Shown here: piece after piece, positions 37,601 to 50,533 of the stretch
Layout: each line of letters begins with the position of its first letter
Numbering within the stretch: the first letter of the stretch is position 1
NCBI GenBank assembly: GCA_051294375.1
Contig: CM119265.1
Span: 6,643,489-6,707,488, forward strand
DNA length: 64,000 bases
Source of the DNA: Paraspadella gotoi
Taxonomy: Eukaryota > Animalia > Chaetognatha
Direction: 5' to 3'
The notes under the pieces: model-generated
Database searches by the model: none
What the model was told of the DNA's origin: nothing
The model's input: only the letters and a program-made list of their open reading frames with translations
Program-made: the position numbers and the translations under genes

Positions 37601-40600
37601 TTTCTTCGTCGATCTTTCCATCGCAATCATTGTCTAGACTGTCCCCGGGTTCCATAGTGGAGTGGGTGCACTGATTGATAAAATATCGTAATCTTTCTTG
37701 GCATCAGTTTTTGGCCAGAAGAGGCCTTACCTTTTTGCCAGAAGAGACCTTACATTTTTGGCAGAAGAGGCCTTACCTGACTAAATCCTCATCCACAAAT
37801 CCATCTCCATCGTCATCTTTTTATTGTAAATTTCTTCATGATATTTCCGTCGCAATCGTTGTCTAAACTGTCACCGGGTTTCATTGACGATGACACACAC
37901 TTATATAAAATGGCTCAAAAAAATTACATTGTTTACATTATTTATAATCAAAATTCGATTTTTACCATCTGTAGATCCTCATCAATATCGCCGTCGCCGT
38001 CATCATCTATTTTGTTAAATGTCGTCTCTTCATCTATTTTGCCGTCACAATCATTGTCGAGGCTGTCACCAGGATTCATTGACATTGATGCACACTAATG
38101 GGTAAACTTTAGATCTTTTTCTTTATTATTTCAATTTAATTGTTAAAATTCTTACTAATATGAGATCTTCATCAATTTTCCCATCGCCATCGTCATCTTT
38201 TTTATTAAATATTTCTTCTTGATATTTCCATCGCAATCATTGTCTAGACTGTCCCCGGGTCCATCATGGAGGGAGTGCACTGATTGATAAAATATTGTGA
38301 TCTTTATTGGCATCAGTTTTTGGCCAGAAGAGCCTTACTTTTTGACCAGAAGAGGCCTTACCTTGACTAAATCCTCATCCACAAATCCATCTCCATCGTC
38401 ATCTTTTTTATTGAAAATTTCTTCATCGATATTTCCGTCGCAATCAGTTGTCTAAACTGTCACCGGGGTTTCATGACGACGCACACACTTATATAAAACG
38501 CTCAAAAAAATTACATCATTTACAATTATTCATATCAAAATTGATTTTTACCATCTGTAGATCCTCATCAATATCGCCGTCGCCGTCATCATCTATTTTG
38601 TTAAATGTCTCTTCGTCTATTTTTCCATCACAATCATTGTCGAAGGCTGTCACCAGGATTCATTGACGTTGTTTCACACTAATGGGTAAATTTTATATCT
38701 TTTTTCTTGATTATTTCAATTTAATTGTTAAAATTCTTACTAATATGAGATCTTCATCAATTTTCCCATCGCCATCGTCATCTTTTTTATTAAATATTTC
38801 TTCATTGATATTTCCATCGCAATCATTGTCTAGACTGTCCCCGGGCTCCATCATGGAGGGAGTGCACTGATTGATAAAGTATTGTGATCTTTATTGGCAT
38901 CAGTTTTTGGCAGAAGAGGCCTTACCTTTTTGACCAGAATAGGCCTTACCTTGACTAAATCCTCATCCACAAATACCATCTCATCGTCATCTTTTTATTG
39001 AAATTGTCTTCTCGAGTGATTCCCGTCAGAGATGGAGAAGAGAGGGAGAGGTACACCCAGGTTTCATTGACGACGCCACACACTTATATAAAACAGCTCA
39101 AAAAAATTACATCATTTACATTATTCATAATCAAAATTTGATTTTTACCATCTGTAGATCCTCATCAATATCGCCATCGCCGTCATCATCTATTTTGTTA
39201 AATGTCTCTTCGTCTATTTTTCCATCACAATCATTGTCGAAGCTGTCACCAGGATTCATTGACGTTGATTCACACTAATGGGTAAATTTTATATCTTTTT
39301 CTTGATTATTTCAATTTAATTGTTAAAATTCTTACTAATATGAGATCTTCATCAATTTTCCCGTCGCCATCGTCATCTTTTCTATTAAATATCTCTTCAT
39401 CAATATTTCCATCACAGTCATTGTCTAAACTGTCGCCAGGGTTCATCGAAGTCGTGACACACTATTAATGAAGCACTCGTGAGAATTATACTCCCTGCTC
39501 TTAAATTGTCTGACTCATACCAAAACTAAATCTTCATCCGATTCACCATCTTCATCGTCATCTTGGTTATTGAATATTTCCTCATCTATTTTCCCATCAC
39601 AATCATTGTCAAGATTATCACCCGCTTTCATTTCTGACTTGGAACACTAATTACAAAAAAAATTAACAAAACTAATATTCTACATCTTTATCAACGCCGG
39701 AAACGGAATAATATTTCTAAATTTAATATATAAATTGAAACATCATTCTGTTGATCAAATAATCTCTGAATAAAAATTTTATAAACATTACATAGAAAAT
39801 TAATATATATATATATATATAATATATACTTGATCGAGTGTCCACGCCAAAAAGCTTACTAAAATAAGATCCTCATCAACTTTTCCATCGGCGTCATCGT
39901 CTCGTCCGTTAAAGATTTCCTCATCAATTCTTTCGTCGCAGTCGTTGTCGAGTCTATCGCCGGGCTTCATGAATGACTGGGTACACTAGTAAATTTATCG
40001 TTTTTAAGCATAAAATCATCTATCTTACAAACAAAGTTTTTGTTACTTGACCAAGATCTTCGTCAATTAATTCATCCCCATCATCATCCGATTCGTTAAA
40101 TATTTCTTCATCTATTTTCCCATCACAATCATTGTCCAAAGAATCTCCAGGATCCATCGGTGATCTTTTACACTATTAATTAATTAATTAATCTCCGTTA
40201 TACTTTGTGCGGTTTAGAAGGAGCTTACCAAAACTAGATCCTCATCAATCAGTCCATCTTCATCGTCATCTTTTTTGTTAAAGATCTCTTCATCTATTAA
40301 GCCATCGCAGTCATTATCAATGCTATCACCGGGATTCATTATCGATTTTATACACTGATAAAAAATGTTATTAATTTGATAACGTGAAAGGAAAAGCCTT
40401 TGTATTAAGTCGACTTAATGAATTTCACTTGACTGAGATCCTCGTCTATCCCTCCATCGCCGTCATCATCTTTTCTGTTAAAAATTTCTTCATCAATTAA
40501 TCCATCGCAGTCGTTGTCCAAATTATCCCCGGATTTCATTGAGGACGTTGTACACTATTATTCAATTTATGAATTACATAAACTATTTCAAACATACGCC

Positions 40601-43600
40601 CTTCTCTTCAATTTTCAAAAAAAAATCTACCGAAATTAAATCCTCATCAATTTTTCCGTCGCCGTCATCGTCCCGATTGTTGAAGACCTCCTCGTCAATT
40701 TTACCATCACAATCATTGTCAATGACATCGCCAGCTTTCATGGGCGTTTCAATGCACTAAAGAAACAACTTTTTATACATAGGTGACGTTAGATTCTACG
40801 TGTCATAGGAAAATACTACCGGTTTAAGATCTTCATCAATTAGCCCGTCACCATCATCATCTTTTTTATTAAATGTTTCTTCGTCAATAGTCCCATCACA
40901 ATCATTGTCCAAGCTATCTCCAGGTAGCATAGGCGACTCGGTACACTTTTAAAAAAATCTTCAAAGTCATTCTACCAAATTCCCTCATACCAATGCAAAA
41001 TTATCACTAGGCCTAGTTTGTAAAAAATTGTTACCATCTGGCGTGGTTAAATGATTAATTATTTTCTGACGTTGAGAATGTTAATACAATTCGTTTTATT
41101 TGTTAAATAACGCTTTTTACTTCTCATTTGTTATTACCTGAATGAGATCTTCATCAATTTTTCCATCTTTGTCATCATCTTTTCGGTTAAATATTTCTTC
41201 ATCAATGTTTCCATCGCAGTCATTGTCCAGGTTATCTCCAGGTTTCATTGATGTCAATGTACACTATTAATACTTTAAAAATTTGCACGTTGTTTTTTTA
41301 TAACTAAACCAACATCTTTTTGTAATTCCTACCTCTTTAAGATCTTCATCGATTCGTCCATCTTTGTCATCATCCATTCTGTTAAATATCTCTTCATCAA
41401 TTTTTTCATCACAGTCGTTATCTAGACTATCACCAGGTTTCATTGCGGATTTAGTACACTAATTTGAAAAAAAATCAAGTATCTTTTAAAGAAAATTGAT
41501 TTGTATTTATAGTGATAAACTGTGCGACTCATGTTTTCTTGATAGTTTTCATGTTTTCTAATAGTTTTATTTTTGTTTTCTTTTATGTAAAAGTATATAT
41601 GAGATTATTTTTACCAAAACTAAGTCTTCATCTATTTCTCCATCCCCATCGTCATCTTTGTTGTTAAATATTTCTTCATCAATACTTCCATCGCAGTCAT
41701 TGTCCAAACTATCGCCAAATTTCATAGGAGATAAGGTGCACTATTAAAAAAGCAAATTTTCTATTTTCTTTTTTATTAAATGTTTCCTCATCTATGAATC
41801 CGTCAAAGTCATTGTCGAGACTATCGCCAGTATTCATGGCAGCTTTTGTACACTGATTAACAATATTTGTATTCTTTAAAGGATTGAAAAAACCTTATAT
41901 AGATATAAATCTTTACCTGAGTAAGATCTTCATCAATATCTCCATCCCCATCATCATCTTTTTTATTAAACGCTTCCTCATCAATAATTCCATCACAGTC
42001 ATTGTCAACATTATCTCCGGGAACCATTCGCGACAGAGTGCACTATCAAATGTTTTCAAAAATTTGGATTACTTTTCGAGCTTAAATTTAAAAATCCTTA
42101 TTTTCAACCTTAAGTTTCTTACCAATTCTAAATCCTCATCTTTTACTCCATCAAGATCGTCGTCTTGTTTATTAAAAGTTTCCTCATCAATGTTTCCATC
42201 GCAATCATTATCAAGACCATCTCCCGGTTCCATTGGAGTAGCCTTGCACTTGATGAAATTTTTTTTTATGTGAATATATTGATCTTTTTATTTCGATTAA
42301 CTTTTTAATTACCAATCTTAAATCCTCATCAATTTTTTCATCCCCATCATCATCATCTCTGTTAAATATTTCTTCATCAATAATTCCATCACAGTCGTTA
42401 TCTAATCCATCCCCTGCTTCCATAGGCGAAGGTAAACACTGAACAAATTCGTTTAATATATAACATCTTGTTCTAAAGTTGGAATTGTGAAAAAAAAAAT
42501 GTCGTTTTAGTTGGCGCGAGAAGCGAAAACTGGTCAAAGATTCGTTTGAATTTTAATAGAGATTTCTCTCCAGACAAAAAGCATCTAGAGCCGATGTTGA
42601 AAATGCTAATATCGGCATGAATTATGCTTATTTCAGTCGTCAAAAGCTGTCCAAAGCTGTCACAGCTGTCAAAAGCTTCTACATAGAGAAGTTCTATTAT
42701 TTCCTATTATTATCGTGATAAATTTAAATAGCATCCCCTGGATTTCTAGTTGCTGGTAAACGTTGCAAACGGGAATTCTACGATGCGGGTTGAACTGCAA
42801 TGAAATCAGTTCACAGCAAAAGGGGCATATATGCATTCAAAGGAGATTCAGTGATGCATTGTTAGGATTTGACAAAAAAAAGTGACACCAACCTGTTCTA
42901 AATCTTCGTCGCTATTCCCGTCGTTGTCGTCGTCTCTCTCGTTAAATGTCTCTTCGTCGACCCTTCCGTCGCAGTCGTTGTCCAGCCCATCCCCCGGAAC
43001 CATCCGTGTTGGTTCACACTGATGACATGTGGCAAGATTCGTGGCAAAATTTATGTTAAATATTTTTAACGATGCCATTATCGTTTAATATCAAATGAGC
43101 ATGAGTCATTCAATCTAATTTGCATATTGCAGCCTTTGAAATTTATTATGGAATATCAATGAATGTCTCTTTTACAAGATAAAGTTTAAATTTAGGATAC
43201 CATAGTATACATTAATATTAATATTTCAAACTCACCAATTGTAAATCTTCGTCGCTGTCGCCGTCGCCGTCGTCGTCGTCCCTGTTGAAAGTTTCTTCGT
43301 CGATTCTTCCGTCGCAGTCGTTGTCGATTCCGTCTCCCGGTTCCATCGGAGTTGGTTGGCACTGAACCCAATTAAATGTGGCTGATTCTTACGACTTGTA
43401 CACTTAATTAACACTAGTCAAGCGAAGCCGAGGGAGCGCACATCCAAGGGTTCGAATCATGGACTCAGAGTTGGGATCAGGGCCACAGAAAAAAGTTATA
43501 AATCGATGAAACAAACTTTTATAACTCTCAGTAAGCTACAGCTGACGTGACTGACCTTGATTGATGAATTTGATGGCGAAACAACATAATAACGGAACAA

Positions 43601-44572
43601 CGACGTCACAATATCTCTCGCATTCACAAAGACTCACCAGCTTAAGATCTTCGTCAACTTCTCCGTCGGCATCGTCGTCTCTTTCGTCGAAAGTCTCTTC
43701 ATCGATTTGACCGTCGCAATCATTGTCCAAACTGTCTCCGGGTCGCATTGGCGTCACTTGACACTGAATGGAGACAATTAGGTGAGCACGAGGACATTCC
43801 ACGCTAAAACTGCCTGGTGCCTATGGTACGTACTCTTTTGGTGCCACACGAGTCATCAGAACCTCACAGATTAGTATGTGGCAACTCTTTGTTATGAGTC
43901 GTACGTCAGAAATCGCGTCGAACTTTCAAATGTAGTTATTTTTTTTTTATTTATTATCAATTCTAGCATGATTTAACATTAATTCATCGTAAATTCAGTG
44001 AGACATATTGATCTTCGATTTTGTCAACCATCATAACCTACCAACTCCAAATCTTCGTCGACGTCTCCGTCTCCATCGTCGTCTTTTTCATTGAAGACTT
44101 CCTCGTCAATTCGGCCGTCGCAGTCATTGTCCAAACTGTCACCCGGTTGCATTGGCGTCTCATGACACTGGAGAGTGGAGAGTGGACAGTAAATAAAATC
44201 GATTCAACATGAAACAAGGGGTGAAGTGGCTTCTCTCTCTCTCTCTCTCTCCCTCTCTCTCTCTCTCCCTCTCTCTCTCTCTCATGTCTAATGTCTAACC
44301 ATATTTTATATCAAGATAATACGCAAATGCGTCTAAAACTGCACATTCTGACGAAGTATGCGAATCCCTGCAACATTTTTTCATAAACAAAGTTTCACCT
44401 GCTCCAGGTCTTCGTCGACTTTGCCGTCACCATCGTCGTCTTTTTCGTTGAAGACTTCCTCGTCAATGCGGCCGTCGCAGTCGTTGTCCAAACTGTCACC
44501 CGGTTGCATTGGCGTCGCATGGCACTGGAGAGTAAATAAAATCGATTCAACATTAAACAACGGGCGAAGTGG

Positions 44573-44610
<38 letters not shown>

Positions 44611-47600
44611 ATGTCTAATGTCAAACCATATTTTTCTTGATTTATAGTTATATCAAGATAATACGCAAATGCGTCTAAAACCGCACATTCTGACGAATTA
44701 TGCGAATCACCTGTTCCAGGTCTTCGTCGACTTTGCCGTCACCATCGTCGTCTTTTTCGTTGAAGACTTCTTCGTCAATGCGGCCGTCGCAGTCGTTGTC
44801 CACGCGGTCGCCAGTCTGCATCTCAGATTTTCTGCACTGAAAGCAAATATAAAGGTATTGGTGACATGTTTACGAAGCTTTCTAAAAGAAAAATTCATAT
44901 AAATTAATCAATGAATAACTGATAAATTAATACGTAAATAATTAGTAAACGAATAATGATCAGTAAAAGAGTAAATAATAAATAATTATAATTTGTTGCC
45001 CACCAAAAATTGCCTTATCAATAAAAAATAATTATCAATTAATTTAAAAAAAATAATTAATAAATAATATATTATTGAATTATCAAATTGGTAAAATAAT
45101 TAAAAATTAAAAATCGGCTAAAGTAATTTAGCGTTTTACCGTACTATGATCTTCACTTGGTAAAGTCAGCCTCACCGTCTCCAAGTCTTCGTCGACCTCC
45201 CCGTCGCCGTCGTCGTCTTCCTCGTTGAAGGTCTCCTCGTCGATTTGTCCGTCGCAGTCGTTGTCGAGACCGTCGCCGGGCGCCATGGAAGTTTTGCTGC
45301 ACTGGAGGACGAAAGAGCAAAATAAAGATCGAGTTATGAAGGGAGAAATTCCGCTGAGATTTAAAGGTTATTCTATCTTTGTCATATCGGCATTCAAGGT
45401 TTTACTAATCTTATATTAAAAGTCTACAAGTTTAACTGTGAAACGTAAAAAATATTATTAAAGGACCTAGGTAACAAAATCATTGATAATAATAATATAC
45501 AATTTATTATCATAATAAACTTTTTTTTAAATGCAACTTGGTCCTAAGTTTTGGACTGTTAATGTAATTTAGTAAGCATAGACGTCATGAGACAATTAGA
45601 TTAAAGGTTAAATCTATCTAGTAGAAGCATAAATCAAATCATGCTACTCAAGATATTTGAAGAAAGAAAATTACAAAATCGCGGGTGGTTTTAAACCACA
45701 AAACTAAAATCGCTAAACGTGCGCAATTATTCTAGCGCAAAGAGAAAATTCTATGACTACCGATTCTATAGACTATAACTACGCGTTATCTTTTCTTGCC
45801 AAAAAAAAAAAACGAAAGAAATTTGATGGAAAGGATTACCATCGCTAAATCTTCGTCAATATCGTCGTCGCCGTCGTCGTCTTTCTGGTCGAATCTCTCT
45901 TCGTCAACGTCGCCGTCGCAGTCATTGTCAATCCCGTCTCCCGGCTCCGTTTCAGTCCGTTCGCACTGATCGCGCCAAGAATTCGGTTTTCAACCTTTCG
46001 ATTTATCTACGTTTTGATAGCTATCCCTCGATAACTATCCCTCGACAAAAAAAAAAATAATTTCTCGAATACCAGCGAGACATCCTCGTCGATTCTTTCG
46101 TCGTCGTCGTCGTCTCTTTTGTCGAAGATTTCTTCGTCAATTCTGCCGTCGCAGTCGTTGTCAACTTTGTCTCCCGGTACGGCATCTGTTTCTTCGCACT
46201 AATCGGTTTCAAAATAGAATTAGGCTCCAGGTCGGGTTCGATGCGGAACGTTTAAATTTAATATTTTTTTTATATTTTCTATGAATAGTTGATTTATAAA
46301 CATCGGGAATACCGCAGCTAAATCTTCATCAATAAGTCCGTCGCCATCGTCGTCGACTTGGTTGAAAGTTTCTTCATCGATTTTCCCATCGCAATCGTTA
46401 TCCAGTCGATCTCCCGGCGCTTGGGCTACTTTTTCACACTATGGGTTTTTAAACGAATACTGCGATAGAACCGAATGACAGGAATATCATTTTTTTCTTT
46501 ACATATTTCCTGTAAACAGAATCTTGACATTGTCAAGTCAACTTGGGCCTTACCAAAGACGCATCTTCGTCAATCTGTCCATCACCGTCATCGTCGATCA
46601 AGTTGAAGATTTCCTCATCTATTTCTCCGTCGCAGTCATTATCAATACCATCTCCCGCTTTTTGATTCGTCTTGAAACACTACGTAAAGTATTACATGAA
46701 AATCTAATTAATCTCGTAAGCTCTTACATTATTGTTTACCATAGACAAATCCTCGTCCATCCTTCCATCTTCGTCGTCGTCTCTTCGATTAAAAATTTCC
46801 TCGTCTATTTTACCGTCGCAGTCATTGTCGATTCGATCCCCCGGAATTTGTTTCGTTTCTTGGCACTGCGGAACGTGGAGGCCGTTTAAAACCGATATTT
46901 CTACGAGCATGAAACTTTTTTTTTCTCCAAAACACACGAGCCACTCGAAGTTATACCGCGGCCAGGTCCTCGTCAATTTTTCCGTCGTCATCATCATCCG
47001 CAAAGTTGAAAATTTCTTCGTCTATCAACCCGTCACAATCGTTATCTACGTTGTCGCCGGCCAGAACCTCTGTCTGCTCGCACTGTGATAATAAATCGAA
47101 CAGTATAAGTTGAATTGTTTTGTTTGATAAAACGAAAAAAAAAAATTTACCCGTCCGAGATCCTCATCGACGTAGTTATCCCCATCGTTATCCATTTTGT
47201 CAAACGTTTCTTCGTCAATTTTGCCGTCACAATCGTTATCGATTCCATCGTTAGGCACGGTGGCTGACTTTTCGCACTGAAAATTATATCCGTGACATTC
47301 GTGAAAGCCTTTCAGCCTGTCGATTGTCGACGTCTAATTAATTTGGTCTTCTTTTTTAGAAAATGCCACATTTCCGCAAAAATAAAGGTTGAGGGTTAGA
47401 AGATAAAGGTATTAGAGTAAAGGATTGGGTTATGTATTTGATAAAAGATAATAATTAAATATATTCAGATTAAATTTAAGTATAGAGTTGAACAGAAATG
47501 GGGCGCCTTCGAAAAATAGTGCCGAAGATTTTACCATGACCAAATCTTCGTCGATTTTCCCATCTCCGTCTTCGTCTTGAAGATCGAATCTTTCTTCGTC

Positions 47601-49490
47601 GATTCTTCCGTCGCAATCGTTGTCAATGCTGTCGCCCGGGAGGGCTTCAGTAGATCGACACTGTTCAAGTTTTAACGAAATTCTTCGTAAAGAAAAAAGT
47701 TTATTTTCGTCATACATAAATGCAAAGAGTTTTTTTTTTAATTCCAAAAAGACTCTTGTTTGGCAAAAATTTTATAATGCGCTGATAAACACTCGCAAAA
47801 AACGGTCGAAACATGTCCTGTTATCTTTTTGGAATGAAAAACTAGTTTATGTTTATGTTATTTTATGTTTATGTTATGTTTATGTTATTTTATGTTTATG
47901 TTTATGTTTATGTTCCTCTTACGAAATCGAGGTCTTCGTCCACAGCGCCATCTCCGTCGTCGTCTTTCAGATTAAAAATCTCCTCGTCTATTGTTCCGTC
48001 GCAGTCGTTGTCGACGCCGTCGCCAGGGACGACGATCGAGAGTTTACACTGAAGACAAATAGTTTAACCGGCGAATGATTGGGAGGCGTCGAGCCGAACC
48101 TCACCCGCTGAACTCACCAACGCCAAATCTTCGTCCGTCCTTCCGTCCCCGTCGTCGTCAATCTCGTTAAACGTCTCTTCGTCAATTGTTCCGTCGCAGT
48201 CGTTATCAACGCCGTCGCCGGCGGGTCCTTCGGTCCACTCGCACTGACCGCGGAGCCGAAATTTATGAAAGTTGAAACATCAAAGAAGCAAAACGTCTCA
48301 AACCGTCCGGCGTTACCGGCGCCAAGTCTTCGTCGATGTCGCCGTCGCCGTCGTCGTCTCGTGCGTCGAACGTCTCTTCGTCAATTCGTCCGTCGCAGTC
48401 GTTGTCACGCCCGTCGCCGGGAGAGGGATCTGATAGGACGCACTGTTTCGAAACGACCGATGAAAGATGAAGATGTCGCGGCGAGTCGGAAACAAAAAGG
48501 AAAAAAGACCCAAGTTTATACCGTCTCGAGATCTTCGTCGATTTGACCGTCGTCGTCGTCGTCGAGTCGATTGAAAATTTCTTCGTCGATTCGACCGTCA
48601 CAGTCGTTGTCGACGCCGTCTCCCGCGCGAGGGCGCGTTGGGCTGCACTGGTTTCATCAATCGTCACAGATCTCTTCAGTAACGTTGGGAACGCGATAAC
48701 AGTGTTACGTTTTGAGGGATAATACCGATCCGAGGTCCTCGTCCGTCGTGCCGTCGCCGTCGTCGTCTCTCTCGTTAAAAATCTCTTCGTCCACTAGACC
48801 GTCGCAGTCGTTGTCCAATCCGTCGCCAGGCAACGACGCCGTTTTTGTGCACTGTGATCAACGGGCGAGATTTTGAAGGAAATAATTTGCACGTGATTCC
48901 GAACGTTTTTGTTTATTCGGCTCTTCAACTGATACTCCGGTTCAGGAGTCCAAGCTTTTATTGCGATGTTCCGTAATCAAAAACAAAACAAACCCTTTCA
49001 ACGTCCTCGTCCGTCTGTCCGTCCGCGTCGTCGTCTTCGCCGTCGCGGATTTCTTCGTCGATCCGTCCGTCGCAGTCGTTGTCGAGGCCGTCGCCCGGTC
49101 GCGGCCGACTCCTCACGCACTGATTGGTCAAGACATCAGGGAGAGTCGTGAAATTCGTAAGCTGATTGGTCGATTGGAGAACGAGCTCGCGCGGTAGAAG
49201 AATCAATAAAATCGTCTTTAAAAAAAATTGTCGCCATTCGTCCTCACACTTTTCACTCTTTACTACTACGAAGAAGCACGTACGTATGTCTTAGTCTACT
49301 TTTGGTAGAAGCGCACGGAAATAGAACATAGTAATTTTAAAAATCTAACTTTCAAATCCTAAATCCAAATCTGTACCGGAGCCAGGTCTTCGTCAACGTC
49401 GCCATCGGCGTCGTCGTCTTTTCCATCACGCGTTTCCTCGTCCGTCCGACCGTCACAGTCATTGTCAATCCGGTCACCGGGTTTAGGTGC
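34625..49490 (-). CDS. Gene 3, copy B (cleanest copy): terminal exon plus about 51 repeat exons
   Basis: Terminal exon 34807-34625. Repeat exons run from about 35043 to 49490 in the same order and with near-identical introns to copy A, for example 39646-39521, 43018-42894, 45301-45176, 47660-47535 and 49118-48993. Confidence 0.85.
41765..41852 (-). pseudogene. Truncated pseudo-exon in the repeat array (also at about 23122-23211 and 57285-57373)
   Basis: CAG|TGT..CTKAAMNTGDSLDNDFDGFIDEETFNKK runs directly into the next exon's acceptor (TTTTTAATAG). The second half of the repeat and the GT donor are missing, and the invariant Cys is replaced by Phe. Seen in all three copies. Confidence 0.8.
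47365..47505. mobile_element. Shorter member of the same inverted-end/TTAGGG-like element family (also at about 28680-28813 and 62925-63074)
   Basis: GCCACATTTCCG ... GGTTGAGGGTTAGAAG...GGATTGGGTTA ... CAGAAATGGGGCG. Confidence 0.45.
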
Positions 49491-49696
49491 AGATATCGCT
49501 CCATTTTTTTATTCGCGCCGGGCTTTTCCATTTCCCCCTTTTTTTCTCAATACAACAATCACAAATTTTACATTCGAGATTTCGTGGGGATTTTTTTTTC
49601 TAAAGAATTCTGGATTATTCTTATATAAACTCGAAGACGAGACCTAATAATGCGTTTCGTTGGAGCGGGAACACCTGTCCCAGCCCCTCCTCTCCT

Positions 49697-49764
<68 letters not shown>

Positions 49765-49824
49765 CACTCATACACTGGCATTTTGTTTTGTTTTTATTTT
49801 ACGATGAATGATTCAGCGCGTCAA

Positions 49825-50040
49825 TGAATCACTATCATCGCTATCACAGATATGCACTATCATCGCTATCAGATGAATGCATTGATCATCATTATCAATG
49901 AATGACTATCACGCATCAATCATTTGATTATTCATCAACATATTCAATTTGGTGTTATCATCGCATCAATATTGCGTTATTCATCGACGTCGAATATTTG
50001 GTTATCATCGCCATCAAATTGGTTATCATCGCATCAAATT
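49825..50040. repeat. Degenerate ATCATCGC-type tandem repeat
   Basis: Recurring CACTATCATCGCTATCA / TTATCATCGCATCAA units; low sequence quality. Confidence 0.5.
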
Positions 50041-50459
50041 GTGATTTATCTTATCGAAAAGCGGCTCGATCTTTATGCTTTTAATATTTTTTTTTTTTTA
50101 AACATTTCTGTTAAAGACAGAGATGAGTTCGAAATACGTTCGATGATGTTTGACACTCAAGATTAATTTCTTTTTCGATTAATATGTTCCGCTCGAACAC
50201 GATCCTTTAAACTCGTCCGTCGCGATCCAACGCGCCCTTAGACCAACCCGTCAACGCGCCCCCGCCTTGTCGAATATCACCGGTCGTAATTTTTTCTTGA
50301 TAACCCTTTATTTCATCCTTTTTAATCTATATTTATCGATAGTAGTGTTTATTTATTATTATTATTTATTTTATTTATTTATTTAATTTTTAATTAATTT
50401 CCATTCATTCATTCATTCATTCATGTTCATTCATTCATTCATCATTCAATCATATCATT

Positions 50460-50500
50460 CATTTCATTGATTTCTTTCTTTCTTTCTTTCTTCTTTCTTT

Positions 50501-50533
<33 letters not shown>

